Shown one piece after another: positions 20,420 through 29,869 of a DNA stretch of 64,000 nt. Made by a program: the position numbers and the translations under genes. The notes under the pieces are model-generated. The model had not been told where the DNA came from and made no database searches. It was given only the letters and a program-made list of their open reading frames with translations. The stretch lies in the NCBI GenBank assembly GCA_963807225.1, contig CAWEAD010000011.1:31749-95748 (forward strand), written 5' to 3'. The stretch comes from an uncultured delta proteobacterium. GTDB taxonomy: Bacteria > Desulfobacterota > Desulfobulbia > Desulfobulbales > JAGXFP01. Position 1 is the first letter of the stretch; each line of letters opens with the position of its first letter.

Positions 20420-20806
20420 TCAGCCCAAATCGGCCAGGAAGGATTTGAACACCTCGCACTCCTTGCAGATATCCATCTTGGCCTTCCAGCTTATCTGGGC
20501 CTTGCACTCACAGATGGTGCCGTTGATGAACCAGCAGAACTTGCCGGCCTGAAACTCCCAGGCCGGGCAACTTTTCTTCCTCTCCGCCGGGCATTTTTTG
20601 ATCATCCAGCACTGTCGCCGCCCTTCGTAACTCGGCCGGACATGGGCCAGCAGAAAATAGAGCTGGCGCTCGACGTGGGTCGGAATATTGCGCCAGCCCT
20701 GCTCGTAGCTGTGAACTGCCTTAACCGAAGTGCCCAGCAGCTCGGCAATCTGCTTCTGAGTCTTGTTCAGCTTCTTCCGAAACTCGATGAATTCTGTGCT
20801 CTCCAC
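20420..20806 (-). CDS. XRE-type HTH regulator with C-terminal two-CW (Cys-rich) domain
   Basis: TQKQIAELLGTSVKAVHSYEQGWR HTH; CWMIKKC..CPAW..CWFINGTIC..CKECEVF. Confidence 0.85.
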   Translation of the reverse strand: MESTEFIEFRKKLNKTQKQIAELLGTSVKAVHSYEQGWRNIPTHVERQLYFLLAHVRPSYEGRRQCWMIKKCPAERKKSCPAWEFQAGKFCWFINGTICECKAQISWKAKMDICKECEVFKSFLADLG

Positions 20807-20962
20807 GGTTTAACTTCCGCTCCAAGTAGATATGTTGAATAGTTGCGGTCGGAACAACCCGGTCAACTTACCACAAAGTGGCATACCAAATCTAACTGAA
20901 AATGGCAATCGCCGGGAATCTGGCTCAGCTGCCGAAAACGGCGGGAACATGAGCGCCCCGTT

Positions 20963-21386
20963 TCAGACGATATCCTTGCCGGTGGTAGTGGTCATCAGAC
21001 CGGCCGTGCTTCACTCCTTTCGTGCCGATCAATTCTTCGGCCAGCCGCCGAATCTCGCCGGCCGGGCCCTTGATCACCACTACCTCCAGGCAGTGATGGG
21101 CGTCCAGATGGACATGCAGGGCCGAAATGATGTTGCGATGGTGCGAGTGCTGGTGCTCGGTGAGCTTGTCGGCCAGATCACGGGTATGGTGGTTGTACAC
21201 CAGGGAAACGGTACCCACCATCTCTTCCTGGTCGTCCTTGGCCCACTGCTCGTCGACCAGGGCGTTGCGGATCAGGTCCCGCACCGCCTCGGAACGGTTG
21301 CTGTACCCCTTGCCCTCGATCAACTGATCGAACTTCTCCAAGAGCCGGTCATCCATGGAAATTCCGAAACGAACAACTTCCGACAT
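20963..21386 (-). CDS. nikR: Nickel-responsive regulator NikR, apparent 1-nt frameshift near 21000
   Basis: [38 protein letters not shown]; the normal tail [12 protein letters not shown]-stop lies in the adjacent frame ending at 20963; unshifted ORF runs to 20925. Confidence 0.92.
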
Positions 21387-21490
21387 AATGCCTCCCGTAA
21401 ATCCTCAAGTTTCAGAAACTAATAACTTCCGGAACTTTTAACTTCAAGGATTTATCGGCGCCGGCGGGAAGCGGGAAGCCGCAGGAACTC

Positions 21491-21934
21491 CTATTCCAAG
21501 GACAAGACCTCGGCGAAGGACAGCAGCCGACCGCCGTGCCGGGCTCGGAATTTTTCCGCCTCCTCCCGGCCGGCGAAGGCGACGACACTGGTGTTGCTCA
21601 TCACCGGCGGGGCATCGCTGTCCACCAGGTAAACCGCCAGACCGGTATCGATCGGCTCGGTACTCAGGTAATCGGCGACCTGCATCCGCTTGATCCCGTT
21701 TTTATGAGTTTTCAGATATTTGGCCGCGCAGGTCAGGCTGCAGAACATGACCTGGGAACCGTCTTCCAGGGTAAAGATATGCCTGGTGTGCAGGTTCTGG
21801 TCGATCCACATGCCGCAGATTCGGCAATCCGGCCGCGGGGCGGCCGCGGTATAGTTTGGAAGCGCCGCCAGAATGAGGACCAGGCAGAACAGGCTGAGCA
21901 AGCGGCTGATTTGTAGCTTGTTTCTTTCCATCAT
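21491..21934 (-). CDS. NosL-family periplasmic metal-binding protein (copy 2)
   Basis: CRICGMWI, FCSLTC, VADY, PPVMS, VAF..EEAEKFRARHGGR; signal peptide without an obvious lipobox. Confidence 0.85.
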   Translation of the reverse strand: MMERNKLQISRLLSLFCLVLILAALPNYTAAAPRPDCRICGMWIDQNLHTRHIFTLEDGSQVMFCSLTCAAKYLKTHKNGIKRMQVADYLSTEPIDTGLAVYLVDSDAPPVMSNTSVVAFAGREEAEKFRARHGGRLLSFAEVLSLE

Positions 21935-22005
21935 TCGGATGACGCCTCCCGGCAGCCGATTCGGGTCGGATGGCGCCGGGAGGGCGCCACCCGGCGCTGG
22001 TCATC

Positions 22006-22482
22006 TTACATTCCCTTCTTCATCATGCCGCCGGACATTTCCATGCCCTTGGCCATCTTGCCCCTTTCCGTCAGGGCTTCAGCGAAGTTGTAGATTGTCC
22101 CGCCAAAACCTTTCTGGAATTTTTCCGCCTCCGCCTTGTTGCCGAAGGCGATCCAACTCGGGGCGCAGGCCGGGACGGCGCTGCTCTTGAACAGGAAGGT
22201 CATCCCGGCCGGGTCCAGCCATTCGCCGCTGATGAAATCCCGGGCGCGGGCCGACTTGACGTGATCTTTTGCCATGGCCTGCGCGTATAAACCACAATGA
22301 GCACAGCAGTAGGTGACAACCGTGCCGTTCGCAAGGGTGAGCTCATAGACGGTGTTCTCGTTGCCGGCGATATTCATCCCGCACAGCGGACATTTATCGA
22401 CCCCCTCCATGGCATAGGCGGCTACCGCCAAAAGCAGCACCACAGCCAGGATCGCCAGCGGGAAAATCTTAACTTTTCTCAT
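22006..22482 (-). CDS. NosL-family periplasmic metal-binding protein (copy 1) with Met-rich tail
   Basis: CPLCGM, YCCAHC, RDF, PACAPSWIAF, AEKFQKGFGG; tail MAKGMEMSGGMMKKGM. Confidence 0.85.
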   Translation of the reverse strand: MRKVKIFPLAILAVVLLLAVAAYAMEGVDKCPLCGMNIAGNENTVYELTLANGTVVTYCCAHCGLYAQAMAKDHVKSARARDFISGEWLDPAGMTFLFKSSAVPACAPSWIAFGNKAEAEKFQKGFGGTIYNFAEALTERGKMAKGMEMSGGMMKKGM

Positions 22483-22653
22483 ATTCTTAACTCCTCTGTT
22501 GATTGCTTAACCTTCAACGCCATCCAGCTCCGGTGGCATCACCAAATCTGTTTCCCACCATTCCACGATGCGAAAACAGTCTGGCCGGAGTCAAACTCTT
22601 TTTGTCGCACCCTCGAGAATCCTCCGGCTGAATCGGCCGGCAAAGTTCAGAAC

Positions 22654-24645
22654 TCAAAAATCAACGCTTGCCTTCACCCACAGCAACCGGCCTGGCTCAT
22701 TGACCCGGTCGGTCTGGAGATAACCGCTCACCGCCGCCCCCGCCTTGCTGATATGCTCCGCATAGTTGATGTCGAACAGGTTGTCCACCCCGGTGGTCAA
22801 CAACCAGCCGGCACCGGTGCGATAGCCGCCGTTGATCGCCACCGTGGTAAAGCCGGGCGTCTCGCCGAGATCCTGGCCGACGATGGTGCCATAACCGACA
22901 TGAACCCGGTCCTGCCGTGCCACTGCCCGCGCCATGATTCCCGCCGACCAGACCGAATCGTCGTAAGTAATTCCCAGAGTAGCCTCCGGCGGGGCGACTT
23001 GAGCCAACGGGGTGTCGAAGGTGTTATCTTCTCCCCGGGTATATGCCATAGTGGTGTTGAGTCGCCAGGCCCTGGTCAGAAAATAGGTGAGATCCGCCTC
23101 CCCGCCGTACAGGGTTGCATCTACGTTCAGCGCCGTCGCCGGAGTCTGCCTGATCAGGATGAAGTCGTCAATCTTGGTGTAATATACCGAGACATTAGCC
23201 ACGACGACCGAGGAACGATAGGCCAGGCCCAGATCGATCTGATTGCTTTTTTCCTCCTTGACGTTGAAATTCTTGGCCCGCTCCCAGTAATCCGGAGAAC
23301 GTACCGCCCGGCCGAACCCGGCTAAAACGGTCAACGCTTTTGCCATCAGGTCCTGCTCATAACGGAGAAAACCGGCCGGATTGGTGGATTCAGCCCTGGT
23401 ACCGGCAGGAACACCGCCGTAATTGGCCGAAGTCTTCAAGGCCTCGGCCTTGGTTCTGTCGACCCGCACCCCGCCGATCACCCGGTTCCGCTCACTCAGC
23501 CCTCCGGTTACTTCCGCGAAAACGCCCATGGATTGAAATTCCGCATCATCCTCACGCACCTTCCCAGTCACCGAGGGAATGGTCATCATCGAACTGGCGG
23601 ATCTTAGCGTGTGTTGGTTTTTCTGGTAGTCAACCCCGCCGACCATGAAGATCGTGTCGGTGAAATCAAGCTGGGTCTCGATGCGACCGCCCAGGGTGGT
23701 TCGATCGGGATTGCTGACCATGCGCATGCCGGTGGGGGTCCGCAGGGAGAAGTTGTCCATGATGTGATCGACGTAGTTGTGGTAAGCCTTCACCTCCAGC
23801 CGTTCCACCAATTCCGACAGTCTTTTTGATTCCAGCCTTACCCCGTAACCGGTGCGGGCAAACTTGACTCCATCCATGCTGCGGTCTGCATAGGCGGCCT
23901 CGCCGTCACTCAGGTCGAGATTCAATTCCACCCGGTTGTCGGCCGAGGGAGTCCAGCCCAGCTGTTCCGAGACGCTCCAGCGCCGATATCGGGAGTGGAC
24001 TTCACGGCCGTCGCCGTCTTCGAAATCCTTCATCTGCGAAGTGGTGGCCGTCAGGCGGGTAAAAACCTGCTCCACTCCGGCGGAGCCATCCACCACCCCA
24101 TCCCGGCGCCCGAAGCTGCCGGCCAGCCCGCTGGCGAAGAAGCGGGTACCCGGCTCTTCGAAACGCTGGGTATAGCGATCGAAGAGGACGGTCCCGGCCA
24201 GGTTGCCGCCGCCGTAGAGCACGGTTTGCGGCCCCTTGATCACCTTGACCGTGTCGAAAATCTCCGGGTAGATATAGGCGGTGGGCGGGTCCATGCGATT
24301 GCCGCAACCACCGAAGATGTAATCGCCGTTCTGCAGAATGTTGAGCCGCGAACCGGCCAACCCCCGAAAAGTAGGATCACCGTCGGTGCCGCCCTTGCGG
24401 GCCACGCTGAAACCGGGAATATTCTTCAGAAAAGAGGCGCCGTCCGAGGCCGGCACCGGCTGGCGCGGCGCCTTGGGATCGGTTTCGACGGTGAGCGGGT
24501 CGCTCATCGCCGGGGCGGTCACCACCATGGTGCCGAGATATTCCGGGCCGGTCAAATCGACTCCGACGGCCGGTGTCGCCACAATTAGCGCCGATAACCC
24601 CAGGGTCAGCGCCAGCGCAAGTCTTCTTTTGTTTCCATTCCTCAT
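22654..24645 (-). CDS. oprC: TonB-dependent copper receptor, OprC/NosA family
   Basis: PKAPRQPVPASDGA, GGCGNRMDPPTAYI, VDHIMDNFSLR, NYAEHIS, C-terminal VNEPGR..VDF; start reset to MRNGNK. Confidence 0.9.
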   Translation of the reverse strand: MRNGNKRRLALALTLGLSALIVATPAVGVDLTGPEYLGTMVVTAPAMSDPLTVETDPKAPRQPVPASDGASFLKNIPGFSVARKGGTDGDPTFRGLAGSRLNILQNGDYIFGGCGNRMDPPTAYIYPEIFDTVKVIKGPQTVLYGGGNLAGTVLFDRYTQRFEEPGTRFFASGLAGSFGRRDGVVDGSAGVEQVFTRLTATTSQMKDFEDGDGREVHSRYRRWSVSEQLGWTPSADNRVELNLDLSDGEAAYADRSMDGVKFARTGYGVRLESKRLSELVERLEVKAYHNYVDHIMDNFSLRTPTGMRMVSNPDRTTLGGRIETQLDFTDTIFMVGGVDYQKNQHTLRSASSMMTIPSVTGKVREDDAEFQSMGVFAEVTGGLSERNRVIGGVRVDRTKAEALKTSANYGGVPAGTRAESTNPAGFLRYEQDLMAKALTVLAGFGRAVRSPDYWERAKNFNVKEEKSNQIDLGLAYRSSVVVANVSVYYTKIDDFILIRQTPATALNVDATLYGGEADLTYFLTRAWRLNTTMAYTRGEDNTFDTPLAQVAPPEATLGITYDDSVWSAGIMARAVARQDRVHVGYGTIVGQDLGETPGFTTVAINGGYRTGAGWLLTTGVDNLFDINYAEHISKAGAAVSGYLQTDRVNEPGRLLWVKASVDF

Positions 24646-24765
24646 TCTCTTGTTCTCCCTCTGACTGATTGACTTGATATTGCAGGCGGCCTTCCCGGTC
24701 GCATCTCCCTTCCATGATGGCTTCCCCTGGCGGGAACCTTCCCTTCCCCCACTCACCAACCCGTT

Positions 24766-25581
24766 TCAGCGCAAGCGAAAATCCATCGTGAAACTGAAGG
24801 ATAAGGGCAACTCTCCCGGGTCCGGCGGCGGTGGTAGCGGCAATGAACGTTCAACGGCTTTCCGGGCCGCCTCCCGCAGCCGAGGCACCCCTCCGGCAAT
24901 CGATAACTCGGCGAGGCTCCCATCGCTCTCTATCCTCAGGCTGACCAGGACCTCGCCCTCCAATCGCCGGCGGCGGGCCAGGGCAGGATACTCTTTGTGG
25001 GACTCGATCCTGGCAAAGAGCTCCTCCAGATAGCGGCGCCGAACCATGCTGTTTACCGGGGCGGTCGCAGTCTCGGTCGCCGCCTCTGCAGCCGCCGGAG
25101 AAATCGGTTCCGGCTTGGCGATTTCCGGCAGAGTCTGAACCGGGGCCGGCTGAACCGGGGCCGGTTGAACTGGAGGCGTTATCCCGCTTTGTTCGACCGG
25201 CGGCAGGACCTCGGCCGACACTTCGGGCCGGGATGGTTTTTGCGGAGGCTTGATTTTCTGTGGCGCCGGCAGCTGATACCTAGGTGGCGTCGGTTTAGGC
25301 ACCGACACCGCCGGAAGCTTCTGAACAACCCTTGGCCGGGGCGACGCCAACTTGCGGAAAGTAAGATGCGTAACCGGCGCTTCTTTCTGATGGGGCAAGG
25401 AAACGATCGGCGTGGGCTGCCAGCCGAAAAGCATCAGGTGCAGCACCAACGACAGCAAGGCGGCGACCAGCCAGACCCAGGCCTCCCGGCTGAACTTCCC
25501 GCCGGGTTTAAAACCGGCCGGCGCACTCCGAAGGTCAAACCATGACCAGCCGTAACGCACGATTCGACCGATGCTCGGCAT
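24766..25581 (-). CDS. tonB: TonB energy transducer
   Basis: TM with SLVLH, Pro-rich linker, C-terminal YPALARRRRLEGEVLV; start uncertain. Confidence 0.88.
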   Translation of the reverse strand: MPSIGRIVRYGWSWFDLRSAPAGFKPGGKFSREAWVWLVAALLSLVLHLMLFGWQPTPIVSLPHQKEAPVTHLTFRKLASPRPRVVQKLPAVSVPKPTPPRYQLPAPQKIKPPQKPSRPEVSAEVLPPVEQSGITPPVQPAPVQPAPVQTLPEIAKPEPISPAAAEAATETATAPVNSMVRRRYLEELFARIESHKEYPALARRRRLEGEVLVSLRIESDGSLAELSIAGGVPRLREAARKAVERSLPLPPPPDPGELPLSFSFTMDFRLR

Positions 25582-25584
25582 CGT

Positions 25585-25983
25585 TTATTGCGCCAAGGTA
25601 ATGATATCCACCCCGGTGGCGCCGGCCAGCCGCGCCGCATCCAGAACGGTTACCGTCAAACCCAGCGGCGCGACCCGGTCACCGCGCAGAAGCAAACGCT
25701 TGTCGTCGCGGCCCTGCAATTCCTGCCGCAAGCGACCCTCCAGCTCTACCTCGACAATGGTTTCCTCACCAAGCCGAATCCGCCCCTGATCATCCAACAC
25801 CACCTGGAGGATATCCTCTGCCAAGGCGGCACCGCTTTCGGCGCTGGGCAGATCCAGGGGGATCGCTTCCTCGCGGACAAAATGCGAGGTCAACATAAAG
25901 AAGACCAACAACAGAAAAACCACATCGATCAGAGGAGTGAGATTCGGCCCCTGGACGGGCCGACGCCGGCCCTCAAAATGCAT
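25585..25983 (-). CDS. exbD: Biopolymer transporter ExbD
   Basis: NLTPLIDVVFLLLVFFMLT, LRGDR. Confidence 0.93.
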   Translation of the reverse strand: MHFEGRRRPVQGPNLTPLIDVVFLLLVFFMLTSHFVREEAIPLDLPSAESGAALAEDILQVVLDDQGRIRLGEETIVEVELEGRLRQELQGRDDKRLLLRGDRVAPLGLTVTVLDAARLAGATGVDIITLAQ

Positions 25984-26653
25984 TGCTCAACACCTCCGGC
26001 CGCTGGCCGACCGGTTCATCTTTCTCTTCGGCGACCTCGCCCGGCCGGCGTTCCAGGACCAGCGAGGCATAATGACGCAAAGTTCGGGCCCGCCGATCGG
26101 CGAGCCCCTCCAGCATGTGCAGCAACAAAAGGACAGGGATGGCAACCGCCAGACCGACCCCGGTGGTAATCATCGCCTCCCAGATTCCACCGGCCAGGGC
26201 CTGGGCATCGACCCTCCCGCCAGCCAGTTCAATTACCCTGAAAGCCTTGATCATGCCGGTGATGGTCCCGAAAAGTCCCAACAGCGGAGCGGTATTGCCC
26301 AGGACCGAGAGGGTGCGAAACCCGCGCTCCATGCGTTGCAGTTCAGCCGAACCGAGTCGGGAAGCGACCTGATTAAGATCCCGCACCCCAGCCTCGGCCG
26401 CAGCCAGCATCTCCCGGACAATATTGACCTCTGGACCCCGCCCTTCAATCTCATCTAAGGAGTATCTTCGGCGACCAAGGACCTCGCCCAACTTGGTTTC
26501 CAGATCATCGGCCGGCCTGGCCAGAAAGAAAAAAAAGATCAGGCGCTCTACCACAATGGTCCCCGCCAACAGCGAGTAACCGATGAGGATCAGCACCACC
26601 GGACCGCCTTTACTGATAATCTCTTCCCAACTCAAATTGTCCCTCGTAGTCAA
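25973..26653 (-). CDS. exbB: ExbB/MotA/TolQ proton channel
   Basis: APLLGLFGTITGMIKAF, LAGGIWEAMITTGVGLAVAIP; start may be TTG 26635. Confidence 0.92.
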   Translation of the reverse strand: MTTRDNLSWEEIISKGGPVVLILIGYSLLAGTIVVERLIFFFFLARPADDLETKLGEVLGRRRYSLDEIEGRGPEVNIVREMLAAAEAGVRDLNQVASRLGSAELQRMERGFRTLSVLGNTAPLLGLFGTITGMIKAFRVIELAGGRVDAQALAGGIWEAMITTGVGLAVAIPVLLLLHMLEGLADRRARTLRHYASLVLERRPGEVAEEKDEPVGQRPEVLSNAF

Positions 26654-26680
26654 TCTATGCAGTTCCGAGCGCTTTTGCAG

Positions 26681-26695
26681 GCTCCAAAAGTGCCA
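26681..26695 (-). promoter_or_regulatory. Possible sigma-54 (-24/-12) promoter for the exbB operon
   Basis: TGGCACttttgGAGC on -, GG-N10-GC spacing correct; near-palindrome TGCGGCAAATTGTCGCA at 26728-26744 could be an activator site. Confidence 0.35.
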
Positions 26696-26785
26696 GGGAA
26701 ACTACCACGCCGTGGCGGTGGCAACAATGCGGCAAATTGTCGCAGGCCTACCGGGATATACCCTGGTCAATTGAAAAGGCCCCAA

Positions 26786-26812
26786 GTGCTACAATTTTCA
26801 TACAGGTAGCAC
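26786..26812. promoter_or_regulatory. NikR operator 1 (GTGCTAC-N13-GTAGCAC)
   Basis: Perfect 7-bp inverted repeat, 13-nt spacer; matches deltaproteobacterial NikR-type sites; overlaps extended -10-like TGcTACAAT. Confidence 0.85.
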
Positions 26813-26876
26813 TAACTATTCGACACGCTCCCTCTGCCCGGATAATTACGGAAAAAGTTTATTTATCACCAAACCT

Positions 26877-26903
26877 GTGCTACATTTCTAAATAGCGTAA
26901 CAC
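26877..26903. promoter_or_regulatory. NikR operator 2 (GTGCTAC-N13-GTAACAC)
   Basis: Same architecture as operator 1, 16 nt upstream of the nikM start. Confidence 0.85.
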
Positions 26904-26919
26904 CAATTGAGGAACCACC

Positions 26920-27972
26920 ATGCATATGGCCGACGCTTTACTCTCTCCCACCGTCGGTGGCGTGATGTGGGCCGCCACCGCCGCCGCCACCGTTTACTGC
27001 TCGACCAAGGTCCGGCAGAGCCTGGACGACCGCAAGATTCCCCTGATGGGGGTACTGGCCGCCTTTGTCTTCGCGGCCCAGATGATCAACTTCACCATCC
27101 CCGGTACCGGTTCCAGTGGCCACCTGGGCGGCGGCTTGCTGCTGGCCATCCTCCTGGGGCCTTACGCCGCCTTCCTGGCCATCGCCTCGGTGCTGACCGT
27201 CCAGGCCCTGTTCTTCGCCGATGGCGGGCTGCTGGCCCTGGGCTGCAATATCTTCAACCTGGGGTTTTTCCCCTGCTTTATCGCCTATCCCCTGATCTAC
27301 AAGAAAATCGTCGGCCGCCACCCTACGTCGGGACGCATAATGGCCGGCAGCGTAATCGCCGGGGTAATCGGCCTGCAGCTCGGCGCCCTGGGCGTGGTCT
27401 TGGAAACCACGCTCTCCGGCATCTCGGAACTGCCCTTCTCCACCTTTGTTTTGCTGATGCAACCCATCCACCTGGCCATCGGCATCGTCGAAGGATTGGT
27501 CACCGCCGGGGTTATCTCTTTTGTCTGGAAAGCCCGGCCGGAAATCCTCGATAAGGCCGCCACCGATCAGCCGCTGGGTTCCCTACCCCTCAAACCGGTA
27601 CTGATCGGGCTGGCCCTGGCCACGGTTTTCACCGGCGGCTTCCTCTCCTGGTATGCCTCCGGGCACCCGGACGGGCTGGAATGGTCGATGTTCAAGGTCG
27701 CCGGCGAAGAGGAACTGGCCAGCCCGAACAATAGCGTGCACCAAGCCCTTGAAGGGCTCCAGGAGAAGACCGCAATCCTGCCGGATTACGGTTTCAGGAA
27801 TAACGGCGAAAAAGGCGGAGAGGCAAAGGTCGAGCCCGGCCGGCTCGGCACCTCGGTGGCCGGCCTGGTCGGCGGCCTGCTGGTCATGCTGCTGGGCGTA
27901 TTGATCGGCCTGGCCTTGAAGAAACGCGGCGCTGGCCAAAGCCTTCATCAACACCCGCATCCTCACGTCTGA
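26920..27972 (+). CDS. nikM: ECF-type Ni/Co transporter substrate component NikMN/CbiM with PDGLE domain
   Basis: MHMADALL start, QMINFTIPGTGSSGH, HPDGLEW, His-rich tail HQHPHPHV. Confidence 0.92.
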   Translation: MHMADALLSPTVGGVMWAATAAATVYCSTKVRQSLDDRKIPLMGVLAAFVFAAQMINFTIPGTGSSGHLGGGLLLAILLGPYAAFLAIASVLTVQALFFADGGLLALGCNIFNLGFFPCFIAYPLIYKKIVGRHPTSGRIMAGSVIAGVIGLQLGALGVVLETTLSGISELPFSTFVLLMQPIHLAIGIVEGLVTAGVISFVWKARPEILDKAATDQPLGSLPLKPVLIGLALATVFTGGFLSWYASGHPDGLEWSMFKVAGEEELASPNNSVHQALEGLQEKTAILPDYGFRNNGEKGGEAKVEPGRLGTSVAGLVGGLLVMLLGVLIGLALKKRGAGQSLHQHPHPHV

Positions 27973-27978
27973 GTCGAG

Positions 27979-28019
27979 AAGGCCCGGCGGGATGAGGGAT
28001 CACCCGCCGGGCCTTTTTT
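27979..28019 (+). terminator. Terminator-like hairpin between nikMN and nikQ
   Basis: aaggcccggcggg/cccgccgggcctt followed by a T-run. Confidence 0.7.
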
Positions 28020-28051
28020 ATTTGCCTGATCCCGTGTGATACCCTGGGAAG

Positions 28052-28873
28052 ATGTCTAACAAAATCGATCGTGCCTTCTACGAGATCGGCGGCCTGGATG
28101 ATCTGGCCCGGGCGGAAACCCCACTGCACCGGCTCGACCCCAGGGCCAAACTGCTGACCACGGCTGTCTTCATCTTCAGTGTAGTCTCCTTCGGCAAATA
28201 CGAAATCGCCGGGCTCCTACCCTTCTTCCTCTATCCGGCGGTGCTGGTCGGCATCGGCAACCTGCCCCTGGGCTATCTGCTGAAGAAATTGCTGCTGGTG
28301 TCGCCCTTCGTGATCTTCATCGGCATCTTCAATCCCTGGCTGGATCGGACCATCCTGCTGCAGCTGGGCCCCGTCGGCATCAGCGGCGGCTGGATCTCCT
28401 TTTTCTCTCTGCTCCTGCGCTTCACTCTGACCGTCGGCGCCGCTCTGCTGCTCATCGCCTCCACCGGCTTCGCCACCATCTGCATGGCCATGGAAAAGTT
28501 GGGCGCACCCAAGATTTTCACCGTCCAGCTGCTGCTGCTCTATCGTTATCTCTTTATTCTGATCGGCGAGGCAACCCGGATGATCCGGGCTCACGCCCTG
28601 CGCTCTTTCAACCGCAAGGGCAAGATCACCTTCCGGGTCTTCCTGCAGATGCTGGGCAACTTGCTGCTCCGCACCATCGACCGGGCTCAACGGATCCACA
28701 TGGCCATGCTCTCCAGGGCTTTCACTGGAGAAATACGAATCGTCAGGCAGTTCCGATTCGGTTATAGAGAATTTTTTTTCCTGGCCGGTTTCAGCACCTT
28801 CTTCATCGCCCTGCGCTTGACCGATGCCATTGACCTGCTGGGCCGCCTGGTTTTAGGGACCGTTATGAAATGA
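28052..28873 (+). CDS. nikQ: ECF transporter T component NikQ/CbiQ
   Basis: LHRLDPRAKL, LYRYLFIL, RAQRIHMAMLSRAF. Confidence 0.92.
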   Translation: MSNKIDRAFYEIGGLDDLARAETPLHRLDPRAKLLTTAVFIFSVVSFGKYEIAGLLPFFLYPAVLVGIGNLPLGYLLKKLLLVSPFVIFIGIFNPWLDRTILLQLGPVGISGGWISFFSLLLRFTLTVGAALLLIASTGFATICMAMEKLGAPKIFTVQLLLLYRYLFILIGEATRMIRAHALRSFNRKGKITFRVFLQMLGNLLLRTIDRAQRIHMAMLSRAFTGEIRIVRQFRFGYREFFFLAGFSTFFIALRLTDAIDLLGRLVLGTVMK

Positions 28874-29016
28874 CCATGCCGCCACGGTACCTTTATCCCG
28901 GTCATGCCAACTCGAAATCCCGGCTATTGTTAAAGAACGGGCCGGAGCTCGGCCGGAGGTCGAAACTGAATTTTGTCTTCCCCACCAGTACTTGATCACC
29001 TTAGAGGATAGCCCCG

Positions 29017-29772
29017 ATGAGCCACCATATCGTCGAAGTCAGAGACCTTAAATTTCATTACCCGGACCGGACCCCGGCCCTGGCCGGGGTCTCCTTCCGG
29101 ATCCGGCACGGAGAGTCGGTGGCTATCGTCGGCGCCAATGGCGCGGGCAAGTCCACCCTGCTCCAGCACCTGAACGGCTATCTCACACCCAGCCAAGGGG
29201 AGGTGCTGATCGGCGACTTTCGGCTCACTCGGGATACGGTGCGGGAAGTACGGCGTACGGTGGGCATGGTCTTTCAGGATCCGGACGATCAGCTCTTCAT
29301 GTCGACGGTCTTCGACGACGTCGCCTTCGGCCCCCTGAATCTGGGCCTAACCCCGGACGAGGTCAGCGTCCGGGTGACCAAGGCCCTGGAGACCGTGGGA
29401 ATGAGCCACCTTCGGGATCGGCCGCCCTACCGGCTTTCCACCGGGCAGAAACGGCGAGTCGCCATCGCCTCGGTCCTTTCCATGAGCCCGGACATCCTGG
29501 TCATGGACGAACCCTCCTCCGGCCTCGATCCCTGGGCCCGCACCCAGCTCATCAACCTTTTGCGGACCTTCCACCATACCAAGATCATCGCCAGCCACGA
29601 CCTCGACCTGGTGGTCGACCTCTGCGAACGGACCATCGTCATGCACGAAGGTCAAATCAGCGCCGACGGGCCGACCATGGAGATCTTCGCAAACGAGGAA
29701 CTGCTGGCCGCCAGTTGCCTGGAAAAACCCCTGCGCATGCAGGGCTGCCCGGTTTGCGGCGACCGGAAATAA
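29017..29772 (+). CDS. nikO: ECF transporter ATPase NikO/CbiO
   Basis: GANGAGKST, FQDPDDQLF, LSTGQKRRVAIA, MDEPS. Confidence 0.93.
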   Translation: MSHHIVEVRDLKFHYPDRTPALAGVSFRIRHGESVAIVGANGAGKSTLLQHLNGYLTPSQGEVLIGDFRLTRDTVREVRRTVGMVFQDPDDQLFMSTVFDDVAFGPLNLGLTPDEVSVRVTKALETVGMSHLRDRPPYRLSTGQKRRVAIASVLSMSPDILVMDEPSSGLDPWARTQLINLLRTFHHTKIIASHDLDLVVDLCERTIVMHEGQISADGPTMEIFANEELLAASCLEKPLRMQGCPVCGDRK

Positions 29773-29809
29773 TCCGCCCCGCCATAGTCGAACCGGCCCG
29801 GCCGGCCAC

Positions 29810-29846
29810 AAAAAAAGGCCCGGAGGCGCTACCGCCCCGGGCCTTT
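29810..29846 (-). terminator. Intrinsic terminator
   Basis: A7 then GC-rich stem ggcccgg..ccgggcc. Confidence 0.65.
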
Positions 29847-29869
29847 CCCGACATCCTGCCTTTTTCGCT

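Noticed and set aside
20869-20883. TACCAC-N3-GTGGCA possible operator upstream of the HTH/two-CW regulator
   Set aside because: Short, imperfect and single copy; not enough support
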